Below, piece by piece: positions 41,791 through 51,913 of a stretch of DNA of 64,000 bases. The stretch is from NCBI GenBank assembly GCA_902492995.1, contig CABUNR010000001.1, forward strand, positions 1,580-65,579, given 5' to 3'. Source of the stretch: an uncultured Bacillota bacterium. Lineage in GTDB: Bacteria; Bacillota_I; Bacilli_A; RF39; UBA660. The translations under genes and the position numbers were made by a program. The notes beneath the pieces were generated by a model. It was not told the DNA's origin and searched no databases. It saw nothing but the letters and a program-made list of their open reading frames with translations. Position 1 is the stretch's first letter; every line of letters starts with the position of its first letter.

Positions 41791-43044
41791 ATGAAACAAA
41801 TCAAAATAGAGGGTGGACATATTTTAAGTGGAACCGTAAATATAAGCGGTGCCAAAAATAGTGCAGTCGCACTTGTACCAGCATCATTATTATCAGATGA
41901 AGAAGTGAAAATAGATAATATTCCAAATATATCTGATATAGATGCATTAAATGAAATATTAGAATATTTGGGAGCAGATGTAAAAAGAGAAGGCTCACTT
42001 ATGACAATAAATTCAAGAAATATAAAAAGTAGAGAAATACCAGAAGAAATTTCAAAAAAACTAAGAGCTTCTTATTATTTCATGTCATCACTACTTGGAA
42101 AATATAAACATGTAGAAATGTATTTTCCGGGAGGATGTTCAATAGGTGCAAGACCAATTGATCAAACATTAAAAACATTCAAATCATTAGGTGCGAAAGT
42201 AATAGAAGAAAAAAATAAATATATAATAACTGCCGAAGAATTAATAGGTACAACAATTCAACTTGATATGCCAAGTGTTGGTGCTACCATAAATACCTTA
42301 TTAGTTGCAGCAAAAGCTAAAGGGACAACTATACTAAAAAATGCAGCAAAAGAGCCTGAAATAGTAAGTGTTGCAACATTTTTAAATAATATGGGAGCAA
42401 AAATAACAGGAGCAGGAACAAGTGAAATAATAATCGAAGGCGTAGATTACCTTGGAAGTTGTTTTACAGAAGTAATACCCGATAGAATAGAAGCAGGAAC
42501 ATATTTAATTGCTGGTGCTTTAATGGGAGAAAATTTGACTATAAAAAATATGATACCAGATCACATATCTTCATTAATATATAAATTAAAAGAAATGGGT
42601 TGTAAAATGGAAATAGGCAAAGATTATATAACTATTAGTAAATCATCAAACTTAAAACCTATTGATGTAAAAACGTTAGGATATCCAGGCTTTCCAACCG
42701 ATTTACAACAACCGCTTACAGTTATATTAACACAAGCAAGTGGAATATCAACATTGGAAGAAACAATATATGAAAATAGATTTCAAAATGTACCATATTT
42801 AAACAAAATGGGAGCAAACATAGAAATAAAAGATAAAAAAATAATAATATCTGGAAAAACTGATTTAACTGGGTGTCAAGTAGAAGCAACCGATTTAAGA
42901 GCAGGAGCATGTATGGTACTAGCCGCATTAATTGCTAAAGGAGAAACTACAATAACAGAAATAAAACATGTATTAAGAGGTTATGAAAATATAATAGAAA
43001 AACTAGAAAAAGTTGGTGCTAAAATTTCATTAGAAGAAATATAA
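41791..43044 (+). CDS. murA: UDP-N-acetylglucosamine 1-carboxyvinyltransferase
   Basis: 417 aa with the ISGAKNSA N-terminus and active-site region FPGGCSIGARPID. Confidence 0.95.
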   Translation: MKQIKIEGGHILSGTVNISGAKNSAVALVPASLLSDEEVKIDNIPNISDIDALNEILEYLGADVKREGSLMTINSRNIKSREIPEEISKKLRASYYFMSSLLGKYKHVEMYFPGGCSIGARPIDQTLKTFKSLGAKVIEEKNKYIITAEELIGTTIQLDMPSVGATINTLLVAAKAKGTTILKNAAKEPEIVSVATFLNNMGAKITGAGTSEIIIEGVDYLGSCFTEVIPDRIEAGTYLIAGALMGENLTIKNMIPDHISSLIYKLKEMGCKMEIGKDYITISKSSNLKPIDVKTLGYPGFPTDLQQPLTVILTQASGISTLEETIYENRFQNVPYLNKMGANIEIKDKKIIISGKTDLTGCQVEATDLRAGACMVLAALIAKGETTITEIKHVLRGYENIIEKLEKVGAKISLEEI

Positions 43045-43083
43045 TAAAGTAGATAGTATCTGCTTTTTTTTTAGGAGGAATTT

Positions 43084-43689
43084 ATGAAATATAAAATAAT
43101 CATATTTTTAATATTAATGTTTTTAATGATTTTTTTAATATATGTTTTTAATCAAGACAAAGAAATATATTATGTTAATATTGATACAACAAAAAATAAT
43201 AATTATCAAAAAACTATAAAAAAATATTATCAAGCAGAAAAAAAATTAGAAAAATATATAAATGAATTTTCAAAACAAGATTATAGAACAACAGATTTAA
43301 TTAGAGATATAAAAGATAATAAAAAAATAAATAATCAAACGATACAAAATGCATTAATAAAATCTGATTTATTAATATTAAATGTAGGTATAAATGATAT
43401 AAATTACAAAATTGGTAATACTAATAAAGAAGAATTGTATCAATTTACAGATCAAGTTTTATTAGATATAGAAGATCTATTTAAATTAATTAGAATATAT
43501 TCTAAAGAAAAAGTATACTTTATAGGTTTTAAAAATACTAATGGAATATCATATAATGAATATTATCTTTATACAAATAAAAGATTAAAATCAATTTGCA
43601 ATCAATATAAAATAACATTTATTGATATTAATAAAGAAAAAAATAGTGATCAAATAATTGTAAATACAATTTTAAATAATATTTACTAA
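43084..43689 (+). CDS. hypothetical membrane-anchored protein, possibly a degenerate SGNH/GDSL fold
   Basis: 201 aa with an N-terminal TM. Only the GxND-like block (VGINDI) is visible. No GDS serine block or DxxH was seen. Confidence 0.3.
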   Translation: MKYKIIIFLILMFLMIFLIYVFNQDKEIYYVNIDTTKNNNYQKTIKKYYQAEKKLEKYINEFSKQDYRTTDLIRDIKDNKKINNQTIQNALIKSDLLILNVGINDINYKIGNTNKEELYQFTDQVLLDIEDLFKLIRIYSKEKVYFIGFKNTNGISYNEYYLYTNKRLKSICNQYKITFIDINKEKNSDQIIVNTILNNIY

Positions 43690-43727
43690 AATAATATTAA
43701 ATGATATAATGTGTCTGAGGTGATAAA

Positions 43728-44375
43728 ATGGAAAAATCAAAATTAATGTCAAAGGTATTTTTATGGATGTTTATAGGTTTAGCAGTAACATTTGTAACGG
43801 GATCTTACTTATCAACAAATCCATCACTTATATTAGAAATATTTGATGGTGGAAGTGTTTTCTTAATATTTTTAGTTGAACTTGTTTTAGTAATTGTTTT
43901 ATCGGCAAGAATTCATAAAATGAATTCAGTAACTGCTAAAGTAATGTTTATACTTTATTCATTTGTAACAGGGCTTACATTTTCATCAGTATTTGTAGTT
44001 TATGATATTACATCAATTATTTATGTATTTTTAGCAACATCGCTTGTAATGCTTATATTCGCACTAATTGGATATTTTACAAATATAGATTTAACAAAAA
44101 TAGGTACATTTTTATTTATGGCAGTAATAGGAATATTAATTATGTGTATAATAAATATATTTCTTGGAAGTGAACAATTTGATTTAATTATAAGTATAAT
44201 ATCAGTATTAGTTTTTATTATATATATTGCATACGATGTTCAAAAAGTAAAACAATTATATGAACAAAATTACTTACCTGAAGAGAATTTAGCAATCTAT
44301 GGTGCTTTACAATTATATCTAGATTTTATTAATATTTTCTTAGATTTACTTAGAATTTTTGGTGATCGTGATTAA
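43728..44375 (+). CDS. Bax inhibitor-1/YccA family membrane protein
   Basis: 215 aa with seven TM segments. The N-terminal MSKVFLWMFIGLAVTF and overall topology are typical of the family. Confidence 0.8.
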   Translation: MEKSKLMSKVFLWMFIGLAVTFVTGSYLSTNPSLILEIFDGGSVFLIFLVELVLVIVLSARIHKMNSVTAKVMFILYSFVTGLTFSSVFVVYDITSIIYVFLATSLVMLIFALIGYFTNIDLTKIGTFLFMAVIGILIMCIINIFLGSEQFDLIISIISVLVFIIYIAYDVQKVKQLYEQNYLPEENLAIYGALQLYLDFINIFLDLLRIFGDRD

Positions 44376-44381
44376 AAGTAC

Positions 44382-44410
44382 TTGCATTTATAAAAAAACA
44401 TTGTTATAAT
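44382..44410 (+). promoter_or_regulatory. sigma-A promoter for rpmE (TTGCAT-17-TGtTATAAT)
   Basis: ttgcat at 44382-44387, a 17-nt spacer, and tataat at 44405-44410 with an upstream TG. Confidence 0.55.
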
Positions 44411-44464
44411 ATAGAAGCAATAAATTACTATGACATTTTTTGTCATGGCGGAAGGAGATTATAT

Positions 44465-44686
44465 ATGAAAAAAGGAATTCATCCAAATTATATGGATACA
44501 AAAGTAACATGTACTTGTGGAAATACTTTTACTGTTAGATCTACAAAAGAAGAATTACACTTAGAAACATGTAATAAATGTCATCCATTTTATACAGGTG
44601 TTCAAGGAGCAGCATCTAAAAAAGGACGTGTTGAAATGTTCAACCGTAAATATGGATTTACAAAAGACGAAAAAAAAGCAGCTTAA
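44465..44686 (+). CDS. rpmE: 50S ribosomal protein L31 (Zn-ribbon type A)
   Basis: 73 aa containing MKKGIHPNY...CTCGN...CNKCHPFYTG. Confidence 0.95.
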   Translation: MKKGIHPNYMDTKVTCTCGNTFTVRSTKEELHLETCNKCHPFYTGVQGAASKKGRVEMFNRKYGFTKDEKKAA

Positions 44687-44736
44687 TAAAAGTTGTTTTT
44701 ATTATAAAAAAATGTTAAAATTAAATAGGTGATAAA

Positions 44737-45177
44737 ATGAAAATAGGAATAGGAAATGATCATAGAGGTTTTGAATTAAAAAAACAACTTGTAAAGTATT
44801 TAGAAAATTTAGGATATGAAGTTATCAATTATGGTTCAAACAGTACAGAATCAGTTGATTATCCTATTTACGCTTTTAAAGTTGGGGAAGCAATACAAAA
44901 AGGTGAGATAGATAGAGGTATTCTTATTTGTAGAACAGGTATAGGTATGAGTATTGCATGTAATAAGGTAAAAAAAGTTAGATGTGCAAAAATTGATAAT
45001 GAAGAAGATGCAAAATTAACAAGAATAGATAATGATAGTAATGTTATGGCTATAAGTTATGAAAAAGATATAAAAGAAATAGAAAAAATAATAAAAGCAT
45101 TTTTAGAAACAAAATTTAGTGAAGAAGAAAGACATCAAAGAAGAATTAAAATGATAGATACATATGGTGAAGTATGA
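44737..45177 (+). CDS. rpiB: ribose-5-phosphate isomerase B
   Basis: 146 aa of the RpiB/LacAB family, with MKIGIGNDHRGFELK and CRTGIGMSIACNK. Confidence 0.9.
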   Translation: MKIGIGNDHRGFELKKQLVKYLENLGYEVINYGSNSTESVDYPIYAFKVGEAIQKGEIDRGILICRTGIGMSIACNKVKKVRCAKIDNEEDAKLTRIDNDSNVMAISYEKDIKEIEKIIKAFLETKFSEEERHQRRIKMIDTYGEV

Positions 45178-45371
45178 CAATAAAAACAATACTTTATATA
45201 ATATTTATACCAATAATAATGTGGGCATTAGACGCAGTAAATATAAATGCTATATTTAAAAAAAATAGATATTATCAAGCTAGATTATTTTATTTATTTT
45301 TAGTTTTAATAATGTCTTATTTAATGGTAAATTTTATAATAGATTTTACGAATTATACAAAATTAATATAA
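45174..45371 (+). CDS. small membrane protein, DUF1146 (YwzB-like)
   Basis: 65 aa with two TM segments. Lies upstream of spoIID, as ywzB does in B. subtilis. Confidence 0.55.
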   Translation: MTIKTILYIIFIPIIMWALDAVNINAIFKKNRYYQARLFYLFLVLIMSYLMVNFIIDFTNYTKLI

Positions 45372-45445
45372 ATTGACAAGAAATTTGTCAATTTTTTTTT
45401 ATAATTAAAAAAAATAAAAAAAATATAATATATAAAGGAGAAAAT

Positions 45446-46360
45446 ATGAAAAAAGTAATAATAACAATTTTATTTATAATATTAATCCCATATTTAGTCG
45501 TAACAATTTTTATAAAAAATAATGAAATAAAATTTAAATTTATTTCAAATAATTTTGTTAGAGTGAAAAGGGAAAATACAAACTTAATAGAAGAAATACC
45601 ATTTGAAGAATATGTAAAGGGAGTTCTTGCTGGAGAAATGCCATCATCATTTCATATAGAAGCATTAAAAGCTCAAGCAGTAGCTGCAAGAACGTATGTC
45701 TTAAAAAAAATTGAAGAAAATAAAAGTAAGGATTATGATATTGTAGATACCATCAAAAATCAAGTTTACTTAGATGATGAAACATTAAAAAAAAATTGGG
45801 GTAAAAATTATACAAAAAATATAAATAAAATAAAACAAGCTATAATAGAAACAAAAGGTGAATATTTAACCTATAATAATGAAATAATAACAGCCTTCTT
45901 TTTTTCAACAAGTAATGGAAAAACAGAAAATTGTGAAGAAGTATTTAAAGAAAAATTACCATATTTAAAAAGTGTTAATTCATCATGGGATCTAGATGTA
46001 AATCCAAATTATAAAGTAGAAAAAACAATTTCATTAAAAGAATTTTATAATAAATTAGGACTTAATTATAATAAAAATTTAACAATTAAAGTTTTAAATT
46101 ATACAGAAGGTAATAGTATAAAAATAATTAAAATAAATAATAAAACATATAAAGGTACCGACGTAAGGTACAAATTAAATTTAAAATCAGCTGACTTTAC
46201 AATAGAACAAAATGAAGACGATGTAAAAATAACAACAAGAGGAAATGGTCATGGTGTTGGTATGAGTCAATATGGTGCTAATGCCATGGCACTCAAAGGT
46301 AATACATATGATAAAATATTAAAATATTATTATAAAGATGTAGAAATAACAAAAAATTAG
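45446..46360 (+). CDS. spoIID: stage II sporulation protein D
   Basis: 304 aa with an N-terminal anchor and SpoIID/LytB domain motifs (EALKAQAVAARTY, GHGVGMSQYGA). Confidence 0.92.
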   Translation: MKKVIITILFIILIPYLVVTIFIKNNEIKFKFISNNFVRVKRENTNLIEEIPFEEYVKGVLAGEMPSSFHIEALKAQAVAARTYVLKKIEENKSKDYDIVDTIKNQVYLDDETLKKNWGKNYTKNINKIKQAIIETKGEYLTYNNEIITAFFFSTSNGKTENCEEVFKEKLPYLKSVNSSWDLDVNPNYKVEKTISLKEFYNKLGLNYNKNLTIKVLNYTEGNSIKIIKINNKTYKGTDVRYKLNLKSADFTIEQNEDDVKITTRGNGHGVGMSQYGANAMALKGNTYDKILKYYYKDVEITKN

Positions 46361-46405
46361 TATAAAAAAATTAGATTTGCTCACACTTTTAATAGAGGTG
46401 ATGAA

Positions 46406-47038
46406 ATGGCAAATAGAAAGTTAAAAAAATCAGTAATATATGGCATTTACAGTTTAGCATTTATTTCAATGATAGGTATTATTTATTTAGTAGAAGCAAA
46501 TATTCCTAAGAAAGAATTTAATAAAAATGAATTTAGTTATGTTTCAAAAACGATATTTGATGATATAATACCAGTTATTAATGTAGAAGAAAAAATATTA
46601 AAACCATATACTGCAGACGATGTAAAAATAACTAATACATATTATGATTATAAAGGAGAAGAAACTGCTCAACAAAATTCAATAATGTATTATGAAAATA
46701 CATATATGCAAAGTACAGGAGTATTTTATGGAAAAGATACAAAATTTGATGTTGTATCAATATTACCTGGAACAGTAGAAGAAATAAAAGAAGATGAATT
46801 ACTAGGAAAAATAATAAAAATAAAACATAATGATAATGTAATTAGTGTATATGAGTGTTTAAGTGAAACAACAATAAAAGAAGGAGATAGTGTAATAGCA
46901 GGACAAACTATTGGACAAAGTGGAACTTGTAAAATAAAAAATGATGTAAACAACAATGTATATTTTGAATTATTAATAAATAATGAAACTGTAAATCCAG
47001 AAGAATATTATGGAAAAACATTAAAAGAAATAGGGTAA
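46406..47038 (+). CDS. spoIIQ: SpoIIQ-like membrane protein with a degenerate LytM (M23) domain
   Basis: 210 aa with an N-terminal TM and C-terminal LytM fold. The canonical H..D/HxH positions read Y-GKD, YECL and NVYFE. Lies between spoIID and spoIIID, as in clostridial genomes. Confidence 0.65.
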   Translation: MANRKLKKSVIYGIYSLAFISMIGIIYLVEANIPKKEFNKNEFSYVSKTIFDDIIPVINVEEKILKPYTADDVKITNTYYDYKGEETAQQNSIMYYENTYMQSTGVFYGKDTKFDVVSILPGTVEEIKEDELLGKIIKIKHNDNVISVYECLSETTIKEGDSVIAGQTIGQSGTCKIKNDVNNNVYFELLINNETVNPEEYYGKTLKEIG

Positions 47039-47096
47039 TACCCTTTTTTTTCATAAATAAAAAAATCATTTATATAATTAATTGAGGGGTGTTTAA

Positions 47097-47351
47097 ATGA
47101 ATTATATAAATGAAAGAGTTTTAAATGAAACGCAAGTTATTTTAAAAAATGGTTATACTATAAGAGAAATAGCAAAAATATTTAAAGTTTCAAAAAGTAC
47201 AGTACATAAAGATTTAAATGAAAGACTCTTGAAAATAGATAAACAAAAATATAAGGAAGTTAACAAAATATTAAAGTATCACATAGACATAAGACATATT
47301 AGAGGAGGAGAGTCAACAAAAAATAAATATTTAAACAGTAAAGAGGGATAA
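47097..47351 (+). CDS. spoIIID: sporulation transcriptional regulator SpoIIID
   Basis: 84 aa with HTH TIREIAKIFKVSKSTVHKDL and a basic tail. Confidence 0.93.
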   Translation: MNYINERVLNETQVILKNGYTIREIAKIFKVSKSTVHKDLNERLLKIDKQKYKEVNKILKYHIDIRHIRGGESTKNKYLNSKEG

Positions 47352-47352
47352 A

Positions 47353-48345
47353 ATGTTTTCAAAAGATATAGGAATAGATTTAGGAACAGCAAACATACTC
47401 GTATATGTAAAAGGAGAAGGAATAATAATAAATGAACCAAGTGTGGTAGCAATAGATTCAGAATCAAAAAAAACATTGGCAATAGGTTCAAAAGCAAATG
47501 ATATGTTAGGGAGAACACCAGGAGATATAAAAGCAATTAGACCACTTAAAGATGGAGTAATTGCTGATTTTGATGCGACAGAAATAATGTTAAATTATTA
47601 CTTAAAACAAGTAAACGGGAAAAATTTTTTTAGTAGGCCAAGAATTCTGATATGTTGTCCATCAAATATAACACAGGTTGAAAAAAATGCAATAAAAGAA
47701 GCAGCAGAAAGGACAGGAGCAAAAAAAGTATTTATAGAAGAAGAACCAAAAGTAGCAGCTATAGGAGCAGGAGTTGACATATCTCTTCCTAGTGGAAATA
47801 TGGTAATAGATATAGGTGGTGGTACTACAGATATAGCCATATTATCACTTGGAAGTATCGTAACAAGTGCCTCTATAAAAATAGCTGGTGATACATTTAA
47901 TAATGATATAAAAAAATATGTAAAAGATAAATACAAACTTTTAATAGGAGATAGAACAAGTGAAGAAATAAAATTAAAAATAGGATCAGTATATCCTAAA
48001 ACAAGAAAAGAACAAATGGAAGTTAAAGGAAGAAATCTTTTAACAGGCCTTCCATTTAAAATAATACTTTCAAGTGAAGAAATATTAGAAGCATTAAAAA
48101 AAAGTGCAAATATGATTGTTAGCAAGGTTAAAAATGTATTAGAACAAACACCACCAGAACTATCTTCAGATATAATAAATAAAGGTATAATATTAACAGG
48201 AGGTGGATCCTTGACAGTAGGACTTGATAAATTATTAGAAACAGAACTTAAAGTACCGGTTAAAATAGCAGAATCACCACTTACATGTGTAGTAGAAGGA
48301 ACAGGAATACTTCTAAATAATATAAATCTTATGGATAGACATTAA
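47353..48345 (+). CDS. mreB: rod shape-determining protein MreB/Mbl
   Basis: 330 aa. DIGIDLGTANILVY and DIGGGTTDIA are actin-fold phosphate motifs. Lies downstream of spoIIID, as mbl does. Confidence 0.93.
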   Translation: MFSKDIGIDLGTANILVYVKGEGIIINEPSVVAIDSESKKTLAIGSKANDMLGRTPGDIKAIRPLKDGVIADFDATEIMLNYYLKQVNGKNFFSRPRILICCPSNITQVEKNAIKEAAERTGAKKVFIEEEPKVAAIGAGVDISLPSGNMVIDIGGGTTDIAILSLGSIVTSASIKIAGDTFNNDIKKYVKDKYKLLIGDRTSEEIKLKIGSVYPKTRKEQMEVKGRNLLTGLPFKIILSSEEILEALKKSANMIVSKVKNVLEQTPPELSSDIINKGIILTGGGSLTVGLDKLLETELKVPVKIAESPLTCVVEGTGILLNNINLMDRH

Positions 48346-48379
48346 AATAATATAATGGTATAATTAGTTAGGTGGTAAA

Positions 48380-49438
48380 ATGAATCAAGATTTAATCTTA
48401 AGAATAATAGGAATGATTGTAATACCATTCATATGCGTTGTATCAATAATACCTTTAATAAAAAAAATAGCTATAGATATTAACGCAATAGATATTCCAG
48501 GAGGAAGACATATACACAAAAAAGCAACTCCTAAATTAGGTGGACTTGGTATTTTTTTTGGTTTTTTACTTGGATATATGATATTTGGAACACATAGCTC
48601 CATAATGAATGGAATTTTAATAGGAAGTTTTATAATTATATTAGTAGGAGTAATAGATGATATAACAGAACTTGGATCTCTACCGCAATTTATTGGACAA
48701 CTTACAGCTGCCTCTGTTGTAGTGTTTTATGGTGGTTTAGTTATTAAAAATGTTAGTGCATTTGGCTTATATATAGATTTTAATATTCTTTCATATCCAC
48801 TTACAATCTTTTTTATAGTAGGATGTATAAATTGTATTAATTTAATAGATGGATTAGATGGATTATCAGGAGGAATTAGCGCAATTTATTATTTAACAAT
48901 AGGAATAATTGCTATAATTCAAGGAAAAACAGGTTTAGATTTTGTTCTTGCATTTACAATGCTTGGTTCAACATTAGGTTTCTTAGTATATAATTTTAAT
49001 CCAGCAAGTATATTTGCTGGCGATTGTGGGTCTAATTTTATGGGATTTATGATAGCTGTAATTGCACTGTTAGGATTTAAAAATGTGACAATGACATCTT
49101 TTATAATTCCACTTATAATACTTGCTATTCCAATACTTGATACATTATTTGCTATTATAAGAAGAGCTTTAAAAGGTGAGCCAATATTTAAAGGTGATAA
49201 GTTTCATTTACATCATCAATTATTAAATAGAAATTTTACAACAAAACAAACAGTATTTATTATATATATAATAGATGCCTTATTTGCTTTTGCATCAATT
49301 CTTTATGTTTTAAAAGATAAAGAAGTAGGATACATTGTTTATGGAATTTTATTAATATTGGTTTTAATATTAGTATTAAAAACAAATATAGTATTTGATA
49401 GAGAAGAAATAAAACAAAAATTTAAAAAGTCTAAATAG
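48380..49438 (+). CDS. tagO: undecaprenyl-phosphate N-acetylhexosamine-1-phosphate transferase (TagO/WecA, GT4 MraY-like)
   Basis: 352 aa and polytopic, with DDITEL and NLIDGLDGL motifs. Confidence 0.85.
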   Translation: MNQDLILRIIGMIVIPFICVVSIIPLIKKIAIDINAIDIPGGRHIHKKATPKLGGLGIFFGFLLGYMIFGTHSSIMNGILIGSFIIILVGVIDDITELGSLPQFIGQLTAASVVVFYGGLVIKNVSAFGLYIDFNILSYPLTIFFIVGCINCINLIDGLDGLSGGISAIYYLTIGIIAIIQGKTGLDFVLAFTMLGSTLGFLVYNFNPASIFAGDCGSNFMGFMIAVIALLGFKNVTMTSFIIPLIILAIPILDTLFAIIRRALKGEPIFKGDKFHLHHQLLNRNFTTKQTVFIIYIIDALFAFASILYVLKDKEVGYIVYGILLILVLILVLKTNIVFDREEIKQKFKKSK

Positions 49439-49491
49439 ACTTTTTTTGTATAAAAAAATAATATAATGGAATAATAATTTTAGGTGATATT

Positions 49492-50208
49492 ATGAATTTA
49501 AATGAAACACTAATGGTCATTCCAAGAAGTTTATTTTCAATATTTATATTATATATAGTTACAAAATTAATAGGTAAAAAACAAGCATCTGAATTAAGCT
49601 TATTTGATTATGTTATAGGTATATCAATAGGAAATTTTGCAGCAGAAATGATAATTAATATGGATACACCTTATTTATATGGATGTATTGCTATTATAAC
49701 GTTTGGCCTTATTTCATATATAGTTTCAATAATAACAATGAAAAGCATAAAATTAAGAAGGATAATAATAGGTACTCCTACTATAGTAATAGAAAATGGA
49801 AAAATATTAGAAAAAAGTTTGAGAAAATTAAAAATGGATATTAATGATTTATTAGAGCAAACAAGAATTGGTGGAGTATTTGATGTAAGTGAAGTAGATT
49901 ATGCAATAGTAGAAGCAAATGGTAAATTAACAATTATGAAAAAAAGCAAATATAATCCATTAACACCTAATGATATGAATTTAAAAGTGGAAAATAAAGG
50001 ATTAGTAGCAAATGTAATAATTGATTCAGAAATAATGCATAATAATTTAAAAAATATGAACAAAAAAGAGGATTGGTTATATAAAGAATTAAAAATAAAA
50101 GGGTATAGAAATTTAGATAAAATATTATTAGCAACCTTAGATAATAATAATAAATTAATAGTATATGAAAAAAACAAAAATTTAGAACCAAATAAAGTAT
50201 TGGAATAA
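49492..50208 (+). CDS. DUF421 (YetF-like) membrane protein
   Basis: 238 aa containing GKKQASELSLFDYVIGISIGN and a C-terminal soluble domain. Confidence 0.75.
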   Translation: MNLNETLMVIPRSLFSIFILYIVTKLIGKKQASELSLFDYVIGISIGNFAAEMIINMDTPYLYGCIAIITFGLISYIVSIITMKSIKLRRIIIGTPTIVIENGKILEKSLRKLKMDINDLLEQTRIGGVFDVSEVDYAIVEANGKLTIMKKSKYNPLTPNDMNLKVENKGLVANVIIDSEIMHNNLKNMNKKEDWLYKELKIKGYRNLDKILLATLDNNNKLIVYEKNKNLEPNKVLE

Positions 50209-50254
50209 TATTGAATAATAAATATAAAAATGATATCATAATGTAGGTGATATC

Positions 50255-51181
50255 ATGAAAATATTAAGAAAAAATAAAGAGTTAGATATAATACCAATAA
50301 CATATTTCAAAATATTAGATTATAAATATCTAATATATACAACAAGTCAAAATACAAAAGATAGAATTATTTATATAGCTAAATTAATTGATGAATATAA
50401 ATTGATATTACCAGAAGAAAAAGAATTAAATATATTAAAGAATTTAATTAAAAATTTTCTATCAGAAAGAGTAAATATAAAAGAATTAAAAGATATTAAA
50501 TATGAATATATTGATATAAAAGAAATAGAAAAAAGGGTCTTAAAAGAACAAAATAAACAAAAAATAATTCTTTCAACAGAAAAATACTTAAAACTTTTAT
50601 CAAATAAATATTTAACATATCCAGAATTAAAAATAATAAATATGGAAGAAATAATGAAAGAAGGATATGATAAAAATAATGAAGAAGCAACAAATATATG
50701 TATATCACTATTATTGCTATATTTTATATTTATTATAATTTTTCAAGTAATATTAATTATATTAGATAAATCAAAATTAAGTTTATATACATTAACAGGA
50801 CCAACTTTAATACTTTGGACACTTGTTATTTCCCTATTTAGTATGGTGGCATATAATTTTGAAGAAAAAAACATAATAGAATCATGGTTAACAACTTTTT
50901 TAATAATATTTATTTTCTTAATATTATTAAATTTAATACTTGGAAACTTATTAATTTCATATGTTGCATTAAAAAGTTTAATTTATTCAATATTTTTTAC
51001 TATTCCATATACAATATCAAAAAAAATATCATTTAAAATAGTAAATAAATTAAAAGCACGAAATTATTTGACCTATTTTTGTATCTACTTAGTACCATTT
51101 GCTTTAATATTTATAGGACTATTTAAATTATATAATACATATATAATAGATTACGTAAATTTAATAATAAATAAATTTTAA
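50255..51181 (+). CDS. hypothetical membrane protein (N-terminal soluble ~150 aa plus ~5 TM)
   Basis: 308-aa ORF with GGTGAT upstream. No family recognised. Confidence 0.45.
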   Translation: MKILRKNKELDIIPITYFKILDYKYLIYTTSQNTKDRIIYIAKLIDEYKLILPEEKELNILKNLIKNFLSERVNIKELKDIKYEYIDIKEIEKRVLKEQNKQKIILSTEKYLKLLSNKYLTYPELKIINMEEIMKEGYDKNNEEATNICISLLLLYFIFIIIFQVILIILDKSKLSLYTLTGPTLILWTLVISLFSMVAYNFEEKNIIESWLTTFLIIFIFLILLNLILGNLLISYVALKSLIYSIFFTIPYTISKKISFKIVNKLKARNYLTYFCIYLVPFALIFIGLFKLYNTYIIDYVNLIINKF

Positions 51182-51192
51182 AAAAATGAAGA

Positions 51193-51825
51193 TTACTTCA
51201 TTTTTTCTTTTAATATTTTTTTTCCTTTTTTAAGTATTTTTCGTCTTGCTTTTTTATCATAATATAAGTAAATAGAAATACAAATTATAATAATAATAGT
51301 TAATAAAAATTTAATCCATATATTCATATTCATAATGTAGTCTCTAAGAGTATCTTCTCTATTACTCCAAATACCAATTTTATTATTTTTAGCTTTTACT
51401 TCTTCTTTTTTTAAAATATCAGTATAACTATAATCACCATAAAGATATGCAACTTTAGCAAGTCCTTTACTAACTAATTCTTTTTGAAGAAGACTATCAT
51501 CTACATATATCCAAGCAAGATATCTATTATATTTATCTAATTTATCACTCTCTTCATCAAATTCAATATAAATTTTTCCTTCTTTTAATCTTTTACAAGT
51601 ATATAAGCTTGCTTCCTTACCATAAGCTTCTGCATCTTTTTTTGGATGTTTAACTTCAGGGGTATCAATGGCCAAAAATCTAACTTTAATTTCTTCACCC
51701 TTATATATAAATCTAGCTGTATCACCATCAACACATTGTGCTAAAGTAACACCCTCTTTATTACTTGCAAATACATTAAATGGAAACAACAAAAATAAAA
51801 ATAAAATTACATATATCTTTTTCAT
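51193..51825 (-). CDS. thermonuclease (staphylococcal nuclease homologue) with signal peptide and C-terminal TM
   Basis: 210 aa containing CVDGDTARF...VRFLAIDTPE and YGKEAS. Confidence 0.85.
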   Translation of the reverse strand: MKKIYVILFLFLLFPFNVFASNKEGVTLAQCVDGDTARFIYKGEEIKVRFLAIDTPEVKHPKKDAEAYGKEASLYTCKRLKEGKIYIEFDEESDKLDKYNRYLAWIYVDDSLLQKELVSKGLAKVAYLYGDYSYTDILKKEEVKAKNNKIGIWSNREDTLRDYIMNMNIWIKFLLTIIIIICISIYLYYDKKARRKILKKGKKILKEKMK

Positions 51826-51913
51826 ACTATCACATTAATATTATAATACAAAAAAACTTTACATACAATGTTTTTTTATGATATACTAAATGCTGGCAAG
51901 AGGAAGTGTAAAT

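Noticed and set aside
42122-42135. Third NBS-like element attttccgggagga inside murA
   Set aside because: It has four mismatches to ATTTCCCGGGAAAT, and only one half-site is preserved. It is most likely fortuitous coding sequence (FPGGC active-site codons).
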